Shown piece by piece: positions 1-9,040 of a stretch of DNA of 64,000 nucleotides. The stretch's first letter is position 1. Each line of letters starts with the position of its first letter. Under the pieces are notes generated by a model that did not search any database, was not told the DNA's origin, and saw only the letters and a list, made by a program, of their open reading frames with translations. The stretch spans positions 7,606-71,605 of the forward strand of contig JAZQUI010000031.1 in assembly GCA_045631205.1 (NCBI GenBank). The letters are read 5' to 3'. The stretch is from Bacteroidaceae bacterium. Lineage in GTDB: Bacteria; Bacteroidota; Bacteroidia; Bacteroidales; Bacteroidaceae. The position numbers were made by a program, and so were the translations under genes.

Positions 1-411
1 ATGATAAGCTATCAGACAGACGGGGTTAAGATGCCCGCAATTAAACGCCGCGAAACAAGTGCGTGGATAAAAGCCGTTGCAGCCTCTTATGGCAAAAAGG
101 TGGGCGATGTTGCCTACATTTTCTGTGACGATGAAAAGATTCTTGAAGTGAACAAGGAGTATCTCCAACACGACTACTATACCGATATTATAACCTTCGA
201 CTATTGCGAAGATGATACTATCAGCGGTGACCTTTTCATTTCGCTCGACACGGTAAAGAGCAACAGTGAACTTGTTGGTGCCACATATGAGCAGGAACTT
301 CACAGAGTTATAATCCACGGAATACTCCACCTGTGCGGTATAAACGACAAGGCTCCCGGCGAGCGTGAAATTATGGAAGCTGCCGAGAACCGTGCTTTGT
401 CTATGCGATAA
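1..411 (+). CDS. ybeY: rRNA maturation endoribonuclease YbeY
   Basis: 136 aa. Has the metal-binding motif HGILHLCGINDK and the conserved DYYTDIITFDY block. The ATG lies at the window edge, so the N-terminus could extend upstream. Confidence 0.85.
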   Translation: MISYQTDGVKMPAIKRRETSAWIKAVAASYGKKVGDVAYIFCDDEKILEVNKEYLQHDYYTDIITFDYCEDDTISGDLFISLDTVKSNSELVGATYEQELHRVIIHGILHLCGINDKAPGEREIMEAAENRALSMR

Positions 412-420
412 GGGGTAAAG

Positions 421-1494
421 TTAGAGCTCAAGCCCGTCGAGCATCTTTACAAATATTTCGAGCCCCTCGCGTATTTCGCTAATCTTTATGAACTCTCCGG
501 CGGTATGCGAGCGTTCCGACTCGCCCGGGCCCATCTTCAATGTTGGTATATTGAGCAGTGCCTGGTTCGACAGGGTGGGGGAACCGAAAGGTTTTCTGCC
601 TTGTTCCATAGCGCGTTTCACCAACGGGTGTTCCTGTGGTATCGACGATGAGTTGAGCCTTGTGGAGCGGGGTGTTGCGTCGCACGACACGGCGTTTTTA
701 ATTATTTCTGCCATTTCGGTGTTTGAGTAACACTCGTTTGTGCGCACATCGACCACAAAACTGCAAGTGTCGGGTATCACATTGTGCTGTGTTCCCGCGT
801 TTATCTGTGTTACACTCATTTTTACATCGCCAAGCAGCGGTGATGTGCGTGGGTGTTTTTGTGTGCGGAACCACTCTATATCCTTCATTGCCTTGTAGAT
901 GGCATTGTCGCCGGTGTCGCGTGCAGCATGCCCGGCAACGCCGTGTGCTACACAATCGAGTACCATAAGACCTTTCTCGGCTATTGCGGGTTGCATGCCT
1001 GTGGGCTCGCCAATTATGGCACAACTTATGGGTGGCAGAAGTGGTATCACTGCTTCAATGCCGTTTTTGCCCGAAACCTCCTCTTCGGCCGAAGCAAGAA
1101 ATATTGTGTTGTACTTTTGAGGCTTTTGGCAAATGAGGTAGAACAACTGCAACAGTGTGACAAGCGAGCCGCCGTCGTCGTTGCTGCCGAGGCCATAAAT
1201 TATATCATCTTTTACAATGGGAGTGTAGGGGTGTGTTGTCCACCCGCTTACAGGCCTCACAGTGTCTATGTGTGCGTCAAGCAGCAAGGTGGGGCGTGAG
1301 AGGTCGAACCCGGGTGCAATGCACCAGATGTTGTTTATATGGCGGTGTATATCAATGGCAACGGGTGTTGTCTGTTCTATGAACGCCTGCAATTTGTCGG
1401 CAGCATCACTCTCTTCGCGGCTTGTCGATGGGGTGCTCACAAGAACTTTCAGCAACTCTACGGCTTGTGTAATATTTTTCTCGCTTACTTTCAT
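421..1494 (-). CDS. M20 family metallohydrolase (ArgE/DapE-like deacylase)
   Basis: M20 signatures are present (LLDAHIDTV, GLGSNDDGG, EEEVSG). The ORF runs to 1518, but the internal ATG at 1494 (MKVSEKN...) sits 22 nt downstream of a minus-strand TATTTTTG box. Confidence 0.75.
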   Translation of the reverse strand: MKVSEKNITQAVELLKVLVSTPSTSREESDAADKLQAFIEQTTPVAIDIHRHINNIWCIAPGFDLSRPTLLLDAHIDTVRPVSGWTTHPYTPIVKDDIIYGLGSNDDGGSLVTLLQLFYLICQKPQKYNTIFLASAEEEVSGKNGIEAVIPLLPPISCAIIGEPTGMQPAIAEKGLMVLDCVAHGVAGHAARDTGDNAIYKAMKDIEWFRTQKHPRTSPLLGDVKMSVTQINAGTQHNVIPDTCSFVVDVRTNECYSNTEMAEIIKNAVSCDATPRSTRLNSSSIPQEHPLVKRAMEQGRKPFGSPTLSNQALLNIPTLKMGPGESERSHTAGEFIKISEIREGLEIFVKMLDGLEL

Positions 1495-1515
1495 ATTGTA
1501 CTTATATGTGCAGTG

Positions 1516-1523
1516 CAAAAATA
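1516..1523 (-). promoter_or_regulatory. -7 box TATTTTTG upstream of the M20 hydrolase gene
   Basis: The plus strand reads CAAAAATA. It lies 22 nt upstream of the ATG at 1494. Confidence 0.35.
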
Positions 1524-1708
1524 CAAGATAAAATCAGAAGCTGTTTAAAATTCCTGTGAAAAATATATCAAAGCAGCCAAGATGGTGTTTCGGCTTCTTT
1601 CACAATCGCAAAATAAATTTCAAACGGTTTCTGGTTACTGCACAAATTGCAATTTGTCGTGTTTTTTCACTCTCTTCGATATTGTTTTGTCAAGTGAGGT
1701 AATATTCG

Positions 1709-1716
1709 TATCTTTG
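1709..1716 (+). promoter_or_regulatory. Bacteroidota-type -7 box TATCTTTG (distal, upstream of prfB)
   Basis: Exact match to the TAnnTTTG consensus. It is part of a duplicated 13-mer, attcgtatctttg. Confidence 0.35.
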
Positions 1717-1791
1717 AGATACCCTCGAAGATACTTTCACTCGCTTTGAAAAATATCGAAACAAGTTTCATATTTCTTACTCGTTTATTCG

Positions 1792-1799
1792 TATCTTTG
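1792..1799 (+). promoter_or_regulatory. Bacteroidota-type -7 box TATCTTTG (proximal, 22 nt before the prfB ATG)
   Basis: Exact TAnnTTTG match. This is the second copy of attcgtatctttg. Confidence 0.45.
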
Positions 1800-1821
1800 T
1801 GCCCAGAAAATAAATTAAACA

Positions 1822-2937
1822 ATGATAACAGCCGACCAATTAAAGGATATTAAAGAGCGCACCGCCGCGCTTAAGCAATATTTGTCTATCGACGAGAAAA
1901 TAGTTCAAGTGGAAGAGGAGCAGTTGCGCACACAGGCTCCCGGTTTTTGGGATAACGCCAAGGAGGCCGAGGCTCAAATGAAGAAGGTTAAGAGCCTGCA
2001 AGCCTGGATTGAGGGTTACAAAGAGGTTCACAACCGCACCGAGGAGGTGGAGATTGCCATGGAATTCTATCGCGACGAGATGGTGAGCGAGGAAGAGGTC
2101 GATGATGCCTATGCACGCGCTCTTGTTGCCATTGAGGAACTTGAACTAAAAAATATGCTTCGTGGCGAGGCCGACGGTATGAGCTGTGTATTGAAGATAA
2201 ACTCGGGTGCCGGCGGTACCGAGAGCCAGGACTGGGCATCTATGCTTATGCGTATGTATCTTCGCTGGGCCGAGTCCAATAAATACAAGACATCTACAAT
2301 TAACTTGCAGGAGGGCGATGAGGCCGGTATTAAAACTGCTACAATACAGATAGATGGCCCCTTTGCTTATGGTTATCTCAAAGGTGAGAATGGTGTTCAT
2401 CGTCTTGTGCGTGTATCGCCTTATAATGCTCAGGGTAAGCGTATGACCTCTTTTGCATCGGTCTTTGTAACTCCGCTTGTCGATGATAGCATCGAGGTTG
2501 TTATTGAACAGGCTCGTATTTCTTGGGATACATTCCGAAGCGGTGGTGCCGGTGGTCAGAACGTGAACAAGGTGGAATCGGGTGTGCGTTTGCGCTATAT
2601 GTTCACCGACCCCGATACAGGCGAGCAGGAGGAAATCCTCATTGAAAATACTGAAACCCGCGACCAGCCCAAGAACAAGGAGAAGGCTCTTGCGCTCTTG
2701 CGTTCAATGTTGTATGACAAGGAACTTAAACGCCGTCAGCGCGAGAAGGATAAGATTGAGGCAGGCAAGAAGAAAATCGAGTGGGGTTCACAGATACGTT
2801 CCTACGTGTTCGATGACCGTCGCGTAAAGGACCATCGTACAAACTTCCAGACCTCTGATGTTGGTGGTGTTATGGACGGTAAAATCGACGGTTTCATAAA
2901 ATCGTACCTTATGGAGTTTGCCGAGGAGGGCGAGTAA
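1822..2937 (+). CDS. prfB: peptide chain release factor 2
   Basis: Contains the GGQ motif (SGGAGGQNVNKVESGVR), the RF2-type SPY/SPF block (VRVSPYNAQGKRMTSFASVFV) and DWASMLMRMYLRWAE. It is one continuous frame from the ATG. Confidence 0.95.
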   Translation: MITADQLKDIKERTAALKQYLSIDEKIVQVEEEQLRTQAPGFWDNAKEAEAQMKKVKSLQAWIEGYKEVHNRTEEVEIAMEFYRDEMVSEEEVDDAYARALVAIEELELKNMLRGEADGMSCVLKINSGAGGTESQDWASMLMRMYLRWAESNKYKTSTINLQEGDEAGIKTATIQIDGPFAYGYLKGENGVHRLVRVSPYNAQGKRMTSFASVFVTPLVDDSIEVVIEQARISWDTFRSGGAGGQNVNKVESGVRLRYMFTDPDTGEQEEILIENTETRDQPKNKEKALALLRSMLYDKELKRRQREKDKIEAGKKKIEWGSQIRSYVFDDRRVKDHRTNFQTSDVGGVMDGKIDGFIKSYLMEFAEEGE

Positions 2938-2945
2938 TAGAATAT

Positions 2946-3422
2946 ATGTCTGTTGAAATTGAGCGTAAATACCTTGTCGTTGGCGATAGCTACAAGCAGC
3001 AGGCTTTTGCCTGTGACCGCATAGCGCAAGGCTACATCTGCCGCCAGGGTGGGAATTCCACTCGCGTGCGAGTGCGTGGCGACAAGGGTTTCCTCACCAT
3101 AAAGGGCCCTTCGCTCGACGGTGGGTTGAGCCGCTACGAGTGGGAAAAGGAGATACCCGTGAGCGAGGCGTGGGAGCTTATGAAGTTGTGCAAGGGTGGT
3201 ATTATAGATAAAAGCCGTTACCTTGTCAAGTGTGGCAACCACACCTTTGAGGTCGATGAATTTTATGGCGACAACGAGGGATTGGTAGTAGCCGAGGTGG
3301 AACTTGGCAGCCTTGACGAGGTGTTTGAGTGTCCCTCTTTTCTTGGAGCAGAGGTTACAGGTGAAGCAAAATATTACAACGGCCACCTCTCGCGTTTTCC
3401 TTATAAGGAGTGGGATAAATAA
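2946..3422 (+). CDS. CYTH domain protein (CyaB/ThTPase-like triphosphate tunnel enzyme)
   Basis: The N-terminal EIERKYLV signature is typical of the CYTH domain, and the 158 aa size fits. Confidence 0.8.
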   Translation: MSVEIERKYLVVGDSYKQQAFACDRIAQGYICRQGGNSTRVRVRGDKGFLTIKGPSLDGGLSRYEWEKEIPVSEAWELMKLCKGGIIDKSRYLVKCGNHTFEVDEFYGDNEGLVVAEVELGSLDEVFECPSFLGAEVTGEAKYYNGHLSRFPYKEWDK

Positions 3423-3848
3423 TTATTTTATCTCGTTCTTGTTCCACAAGTTATACTTTTTCATCAGAGGTTTTGTGACATAGAGGCTGAATATGGCAGC
3501 TGTAATCACACCCAATGTGTTGAAAAGAAAATCCCACCAGTCGCCGCCACGGTGTCTGGTAAGCAGTTCCTGCATCACTTCAATAGCTCCGCTGAAGAGT
3601 ATAGGGCCAATGATTGCTCCCCAGAAAATACTGTTTACCTGTAATTTAAGGTGCGACATAAAGTATTCGAACCAAAGAACGCAACAAAAGCCGCCATACA
3701 TAGCAATGTGTGCGAGTTTGTCTATATTGTCTATTTCGTTGAGTGAGGTTTTGGGCGGGCGGAAAAACGATAAATAAACGATAACCGCCAAAATTATGAG
3801 TGATAGCGGGTAGCGTTTTAAAATTCTGTCAATACGTTCTATAAACAT
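3423..3848 (-). CDS. VanZ family membrane protein
   Basis: 141 aa with four hydrophobic segments and VanZ-like blocks (DKLAHIAMYGGF, GGDWWDFLFNTLGV). It abuts the convergent CYTH gene with no spacer. Confidence 0.7.
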   Translation of the reverse strand: MFIERIDRILKRYPLSLIILAVIVYLSFFRPPKTSLNEIDNIDKLAHIAMYGGFCCVLWFEYFMSHLKLQVNSIFWGAIIGPILFSGAIEVMQELLTRHRGGDWWDFLFNTLGVITAAIFSLYVTKPLMKKYNLWNKNEIK

Positions 3849-3884
3849 AAAAATCTTTTATTACTTTCGCGTAAATTATGTGTG

Positions 3885-3892
3885 CAAAGATA
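3885..3892 (-). promoter_or_regulatory. -7 box TATCTTTG upstream of the VanZ gene
   Basis: The plus strand reads CAAAGATA, 37 nt from the ATG at 3848. Confidence 0.4.
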
Positions 3893-4065
3893 AGCACACA
3901 CGCAGGCGTTTTGTTGCATTTTAAATAATTTTAAGGTGGGTTTTTATTTTTATTTCACAAAAGGACAGCGTAGGGGTGTGCTTTTTTTACTTTTATTAGT
4001 ATTGGCGGCAGTTATTCTTAAATGGGTGATATAGTAATCAGTATTGAATATAAACAAATAATATT

Positions 4066-4422
4066 ATGAAAAAGTTCTCTTTTTATATGTCGCTGTTGGT
4101 AGCGATGGTTCTTTTGTGCAGTTGCTCAAAGCATTTGGCCGATTTCACAATTATCTCAACACGTGAAGTGGCCGTTGGTCAGTTAGGTATAAACTATGTA
4201 AAATCGAATACCCGTGTGAAAGCAAGGGATACAAATTCCATAATACTTGGCACAGCAATGGGTATGCCCGATATCGACGATGCTGTGGATAAAGCGATTG
4301 ACAAACATTCGGGTGCCGTGGCTTTGGTCGATGTGGTAATAAAAACCCGCTCTTGGAATTTCATTCTTTATGGCCAGAACAGCATTATTGTAGAGGGTAC
4401 TCCTATATATATTCCTAAATAA
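4066..4422 (+). CDS. small lipoprotein, unknown function
   Basis: Has a signal peptide with a lipobox (LLCSC). 118 aa, lies in the AT-rich block, and is followed by a bidirectional terminator. Confidence 0.6.
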   Translation: MKKFSFYMSLLVAMVLLCSCSKHLADFTIISTREVAVGQLGINYVKSNTRVKARDTNSIILGTAMGMPDIDDAVDKAIDKHSGAVALVDVVIKTRSWNFILYGQNSIIVEGTPIYIPK

Positions 4423-4451
4423 CAACTGTTCTCCCAATGTTATAAACAAAA

Positions 4452-4484
4452 ATATGCCTCACGAGTTCGTGAGGCATATTTTTG
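4452..4484. terminator. bidirectional intrinsic terminator
   Basis: A perfect 12-bp stem (atatgcctcacg / cgtgaggcatat) is flanked by an A-run and a T-run. It lies between convergent genes. Confidence 0.8.
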
Positions 4485-4505
4485 TTGTTTGTTTTGGTTC
4501 TTCAA

Positions 4506-4787
4506 TTATTCACCGTAAACTTTGATTGTACGTTTTTTAACAAAGCCATAGAAATATGATTTGTCGTACATGTCAACGTGAGAAATCTTTTTGATACCGG
4601 CTTTTTGTGCACTTTGTTGGATGCCTGCGTTTTTACCATTTGCACCATATACGCCTAAATAGATGTAGCTGCTTGTTTCACCACAACGTGAGCCCACAGT
4701 GTTTCCTGTGGCAGCAATGGGAGTAGGAATTGTACAGCAACTAGCGAACAATGCACAGCATGCAATAGCAACAAATAATTTTTTCAT
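4506..4787 (-). CDS. TRL-like family lipoprotein
   Basis: 93 aa with a lipobox (LFASCC). The C-terminal block AGIKKISHVDMYDKS...TIKVYGE resembles the Bacteroides TRL-like family as I remember it. This was not checked by a search. Confidence 0.55.
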   Translation of the reverse strand: MKKLFVAIACCALFASCCTIPTPIAATGNTVGSRCGETSSYIYLGVYGANGKNAGIQQSAQKAGIKKISHVDMYDKSYFYGFVKKRTIKVYGE

Positions 4788-4888
4788 AGTAATGGTTTTT
4801 ATAAGTTAATAAAATATCATAGGTCTTTTTAGAATGAAAAAGTTCTATAACAATGGCGAAAGTATTAAAGAAATTAAAGATATCAAAA

Positions 4889-5425
4889 TTATTCCAAATA
4901 AATTTCAACATTGCTTGCTATTGTTGCGCTAACAGGGCTTCCTGTAACCAATTTTCCTCTTTCTCCCTTAACCAAGAGACCTAATATGCAGAAGAGGCTT
5001 ATGACTATGGATACGACCATTTTGTCGTTACCTTCATTTGAAATGCCGGCAGAAGATAGTAAAACGGTACTTCCATCAACAGCGGTAACGCTTCTTACGG
5101 TTACTGAAATTTCTCCGGCAGTACCAATGAAGTTACTTTTACTGGTGTAAGTAACTTGTCCTTTTGCTATAGAGCCAGCAGGAATAACAACTTCGCCTTT
5201 TACTTTTACATCATTTGTAACTCTGAAATCTACCATATCACCGGCGTGGAATTTATTTGAGTTTACATTCGTGATTAATTCCAGCATAACTGGCGTTCCG
5301 GCTTTTAATACCACATACTTACCGCTTTCTGCTTTTGCCGGTGCTACCGATGTAAACATCATAATGCTCGCCATAAAAAGTGCAAGACCTTTCTTGCTTA
5401 ATGTTTTTAAAATCTTGTTTTTCAT
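4889..5425 (-). CDS. exported beta-rich protein with a C-proximal hydrophobic segment, unknown function
   Basis: The start is set at the internal ATG (MKNKILKTL...) just before the signal peptide ...SVAPAKA. That ATG lies 4 nt after the upstream stop. The ORF-track start at 5461 would overlap the upstream gene. Confidence 0.6.
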   Translation of the reverse strand: MKNKILKTLSKKGLALFMASIMMFTSVAPAKAESGKYVVLKAGTPVMLELITNVNSNKFHAGDMVDFRVTNDVKVKGEVVIPAGSIAKGQVTYTSKSNFIGTAGEISVTVRSVTAVDGSTVLLSSAGISNEGNDKMVVSIVISLFCILGLLVKGERGKLVTGSPVSATIASNVEIYLE

Positions 5426-5429
5426 ATAA

Positions 5430-6614
5430 TTATTGATTGAAAATATTATTTGTGTGTTCAAAATTATTTATAAGTTTATTTTTCTTATTTTCGTTATATC
5501 TTTTAGCGCTTTTTCCGGCACCGTTTATGTTGCCTATGTAAAACGATAAGGAAAAGAAACTTGTTAAAGCTACAATGCCATAATTCTCAGCTTTGATACT
5601 TGTGTAGGTGGCGTATGCGAGTAAAGCGTTTACAGCAAATGCTGTCATAGCACTTCCTTTGTGTCCTGCATATAAATATCCGGCTCCGGGTATGATAGAT
5701 AGTATTTTTGCTGTTGTCGGGTTTTTAAGTTTTAAATTTTTGAAATCGTATATAAATTTTTCGTTAAATGTATTTATATAATCGTTATCCGAGAAGTTTC
5801 TAGCAATGTTTATTGAGTTTATTGTCTCTTCAACATATCCCATGCGGGAGTTTGCTGCTGCTTTTATTATATTTGCGTTGTGTAGGTTGTCGTTATCCTT
5901 GTTTATAAGTTCTTTGTCAAGAGTAGTGATACATTTTTGAAAATTTCCTATGAGGTAATACATCTTTGCTATTTCCAACGCTGTTTTTATGTCGTTTTTG
6001 AGACTGTCGGCAGGTAAGGTTTCATATTCATAAATACCTTTTTCGTAATCTCCCAATCCTCGAAGGCAAACAAATTTGGCATGCTGCAGGTCAAATATAT
6101 TGTTTGTGGTCTTATAATATTCTGCGCGCCGTATTTCCAAAAGTGCCGACTGATACTCTTTTTGGTTTATAAGTGAATTAATAAAGTTTATGGTAGTGTC
6201 TTTTAAAAATATTTTACTGGCTATAAGTGGCTCTGTTGGTTTTTTCAATCTTTTTTCATATTCACTATCAGGGCAATCCACCAAACTTGCGCGGCCATAT
6301 TCAAATGTAATTTCATAATTTTTTCTATCATGGCTGCATCTAATCATTCTGTCAGCAATTAGTGGTATGGCTTTAAATAGGTTGTTATTTTCTAGAACAA
6401 CTTTACCATAATTTGAGCACGATGGGTACATTGCACATTGTGCATTTTTGATAGCACTCAAATGTTTTTGGTAGAATGAAACATAATCATTTGCCGCTTT
6501 TTTTGTGTTGATAGTGTTCGGTGAAAGAATTTCACCATCAACCCATTCTTGCGCCGATAATATTTGCGCCGGCAATGTTAATACCCCAATAATGATGTAT
6601 ATGATATTCTTCAT
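5430..6614 (-). CDS. YidD-like domain / TPR-like repeat / two-TM fusion protein
   Basis: N-terminal signal-like segment. A YidD signature follows (FYQKHLS...CAMYPSCSNYG...RMIRCSH), then about 200 aa of helical repeats. The C-terminus has IPGAGYLYAGHKG plus two hydrophobic helices. Confidence 0.7.
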   Translation of the reverse strand: MKNIIYIIIGVLTLPAQILSAQEWVDGEILSPNTINTKKAANDYVSFYQKHLSAIKNAQCAMYPSCSNYGKVVLENNNLFKAIPLIADRMIRCSHDRKNYEITFEYGRASLVDCPDSEYEKRLKKPTEPLIASKIFLKDTTINFINSLINQKEYQSALLEIRRAEYYKTTNNIFDLQHAKFVCLRGLGDYEKGIYEYETLPADSLKNDIKTALEIAKMYYLIGNFQKCITTLDKELINKDNDNLHNANIIKAAANSRMGYVEETINSINIARNFSDNDYINTFNEKFIYDFKNLKLKNPTTAKILSIIPGAGYLYAGHKGSAMTAFAVNALLAYATYTSIKAENYGIVALTSFFSLSFYIGNINGAGKSAKRYNENKKNKLINNFEHTNNIFNQ

Positions 6615-6673
6615 TCTTAGTTACCTAAAATATTGATTAAGATGTTAAATATTTAAAATGTTGTTATTTGTCG

Positions 6674-6681
6674 CAAATATA
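6674..6681 (-). promoter_or_regulatory. -7 box TATATTTG upstream of the YidD-fusion operon
   Basis: The plus strand reads CAAATATA, 60 nt from the ATG at 6614. Confidence 0.35.
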
Positions 6682-6820
6682 TATGTTTTGTTTATTATTT
6701 ACGAAATCTACAACTTTTTCTTTGTTTATGAAAATTATTTTAGTCTGCCAATATTTGTTTGATACTTTATTTTTATTTTAATTTGCGCCGGTCAAAAACT
6801 AAATAAACAAGGAAAACTAT

Positions 6821-7909
6821 ATGAAAAAAGCCCTTATAACCGGTATTACAGGACAGGACGGTTCGTTCCTATCCGAGTTTCTTTTAAGTAAAGGATACGA
6901 TGTGCACGGCACAATTCGTCGTTCGTCGGTCGATTATCGCGAGCGTATTGCTCACCTCGAAGGTAACCCCCGTTTCCACCTTCACTATGCCGACCTGGGC
7001 GACTCAATGAGTCTTATGCAGGTTATTGGCAAGGTGCGTCCCGACGAAATTTATAACCTTGCAGCACAGAGTCACGTTCAGGTTAGTTTCGACTCTCCAG
7101 AATTCACAGCCAATGTCGATGCCACAGGTGTGTTGCGCATTCTTGAGGCTGTGCGTCTTTCGGGCCTTGCATCAAGCTGTCGCATTTACCAGGCTTCAAC
7201 ATCGGAACTTTATGGAAAAGTTGAAGAGGTTCCGCAGAACGAAAATACTCCCTTCCACCCTTACAGTCCCTATGCTGTTGCCAAGCTCTATGGCCATTGG
7301 ATTGTGAAGGAGTATCGCGAGGCTTATAATATGTTCTGTTGCTCGGGTATTTTGTTCAACCACGAGTCGGAGCGTAGAGGTGAAACTTTTGTTACACGCA
7401 AAATTACGCTTGCTGCTGCGCGCATAGCACAGGGTAAGCAGGAAAAATTATACCTTGGCAACCTTTCGTCGTTGCGCGACTGGGGTTATGCAAAAGATTA
7501 TGTCGAGTGTATGTGGCTTATGTTGCAGAACGAAAAGCCCGAAGATTTTGTTATCGCCACAGGTGTGCAGCACTCGGTACGCGACTTCTGTTATTATGCC
7601 TTCAAGCACGTGGGTATAGAACTTGAATTTGTGGGAGAGGGTGCCCAGGAAAAGGGTATTGACAAGGCTACCGGCAAGGTGTTGATAGAGGTTTCGCCCG
7701 ACTTTTTCCGTCCCACCGATGTGGTTAACCTTTGGGGCGACCCCTCGAAGGCTCGTAAGAAACTTGGGTGGGATCCCGGCAAGACTTCTTTTGAGCAACT
7801 TGTGAAAATTATGGTCGAGCACGATATGGCAAAAGTTGCTGTGGAGCGTGCCGAAGAGCACATACGCACCAACCTTGCCGAGTATCTCGAGCGTGGTATT
7901 GTGAAATAA
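6821..7909 (+). CDS. gmd: GDP-mannose 4,6-dehydratase
   Basis: Shows [28 protein letters not shown] and NHESERRG, a classic Gmd pattern. Confidence 0.95.
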   Translation: MKKALITGITGQDGSFLSEFLLSKGYDVHGTIRRSSVDYRERIAHLEGNPRFHLHYADLGDSMSLMQVIGKVRPDEIYNLAAQSHVQVSFDSPEFTANVDATGVLRILEAVRLSGLASSCRIYQASTSELYGKVEEVPQNENTPFHPYSPYAVAKLYGHWIVKEYREAYNMFCCSGILFNHESERRGETFVTRKITLAAARIAQGKQEKLYLGNLSSLRDWGYAKDYVECMWLMLQNEKPEDFVIATGVQHSVRDFCYYAFKHVGIELEFVGEGAQEKGIDKATGKVLIEVSPDFFRPTDVVNLWGDPSKARKKLGWDPGKTSFEQLVKIMVEHDMAKVAVERAEEHIRTNLAEYLERGIVK

Positions 7910-7918
7910 TCTCTTTTT

Positions 7919-8860
7919 ATGGAAAAAAATGCGAAAATATATGTTGCCGGTCATCGCGGAATGGTGGGGTCGGCGATTGTGCGCGAATTACAGCGTCAGG
8001 GTTACACCAATATAATTACCCGCACGCACGCCGAACTTGACCTTTGTCGCCAAGAGCAGGTGGAGCAGTTCTTTGCGGCCGAAAAGCCCGAATATGTTTT
8101 TCTTGCGGCAGCAAAGGTTGGTGGTATCATCGCCAACCACACGGCTCTTGCCGATTTTATGTACGAGAATATGATGCTCGAAATGAACGTGATAAACGCG
8201 GCGTGGCGCAACGGCTGTAAAAAGTTGGAATTCCTGGGTTCATCGTGCATATATCCCCGTATGGCACCGCAACCAATGAAAGAGAGTTGCCTGCTCACTT
8301 CGGAACTTGAACCTACAAATGAGGCTTATGCTCTTGCAAAAATATCGGGACTCAAATATTGTGAGTATCTCAATCGTCAATATGGCACCGACTTCATAAG
8401 CGTTATGCCCACCAACCTTTACGGCCCTAACGACAACTACCACCCCACCCACAGCCACGTTCTGCCGGCACTCATACGCCGCTTCCACGAGGCAAAGGAG
8501 GCAGGGGCGAAAGAGGTCACCTGCTGGGGTGATGGAACGCCTATGCGCGAGTTTCTATATGTCGATGACCTTGCCAACCTTTGCGTTTTTCTTATGGACA
8601 ACTATAGCGGCAACGAAACTGTGAATGCCGGTACAGGCAAGGAGGTGAGTATAAAGGAACTTACCGAGCTTGTTGCGCGTGTAGTGGGTTACGACGGGGC
8701 AATATTGTGGGACACCACCCGTCCCAACGGTACTCCCCGCAAGTTGCTCGATGTGTCGAAAAGTGCGGCTATGGGGTGGCATTACACCACGGAACTCGAA
8801 GATGGCATCCGCCTCTCTTACGAAGATTTTCTTAACAACCCAATGAGGGCGGAACGATAA
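7919..8860 (+). CDS. fcl: GDP-L-fucose synthase
   Basis: Shows [20 protein letters not shown] and NLYGPNDN, and lies immediately after gmd. Confidence 0.95.
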   Translation: MEKNAKIYVAGHRGMVGSAIVRELQRQGYTNIITRTHAELDLCRQEQVEQFFAAEKPEYVFLAAAKVGGIIANHTALADFMYENMMLEMNVINAAWRNGCKKLEFLGSSCIYPRMAPQPMKESCLLTSELEPTNEAYALAKISGLKYCEYLNRQYGTDFISVMPTNLYGPNDNYHPTHSHVLPALIRRFHEAKEAGAKEVTCWGDGTPMREFLYVDDLANLCVFLMDNYSGNETVNAGTGKEVSIKELTELVARVVGYDGAILWDTTRPNGTPRKLLDVSKSAAMGWHYTTELEDGIRLSYEDFLNNPMRAER

Positions 8861-8877
8861 TCGTCCGTATCCATTAT

Positions 8878-8920
8878 AACAATCTGCTGTAGCATACCGT
8901 TGCAGCAGATTGTTGCTTTT
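8878..8920 (+). terminator. intrinsic terminator after fcl
   Basis: Stem aacaatctgctg / cagcagattgtt, followed by gctttt. Confidence 0.7.
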
Positions 8921-9040
8921 ATGGCTATGTTCGGCTCAATGTGTTGAACGAATGCTCCTATGGTGGTAATGCCCATTGCGATACCGCTAAAATAATGGCA
9001 TTTTTTCGCTTTTGTGTAGCCGCAATCTCCTTTATTTGTT

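Noticed and set aside
3943-3955. 13-nt direct repeat tttatttttattt at both edges of the AT-rich block (3943-3955 and 6766-6778), considered as att-like island borders.
   Set aside because: It is a low-complexity A/T sequence in AT-rich intergenic DNA. No integrase or tRNA is nearby, so chance occurrence is likely.
8951-9006. Mini-ORF MLLWW-stop immediately followed by a hairpin (aatgcccatt/aatggcatt) and a T-run upstream of proC. It looked like a leader-peptide attenuator.
   Set aside because: It lies upstream of the only promoter-like box for proC (9041-9048). Trp codons make no sense for a proline operon, and the stem is short and AT-rich. It is more likely a second weak terminator after fcl, or chance.
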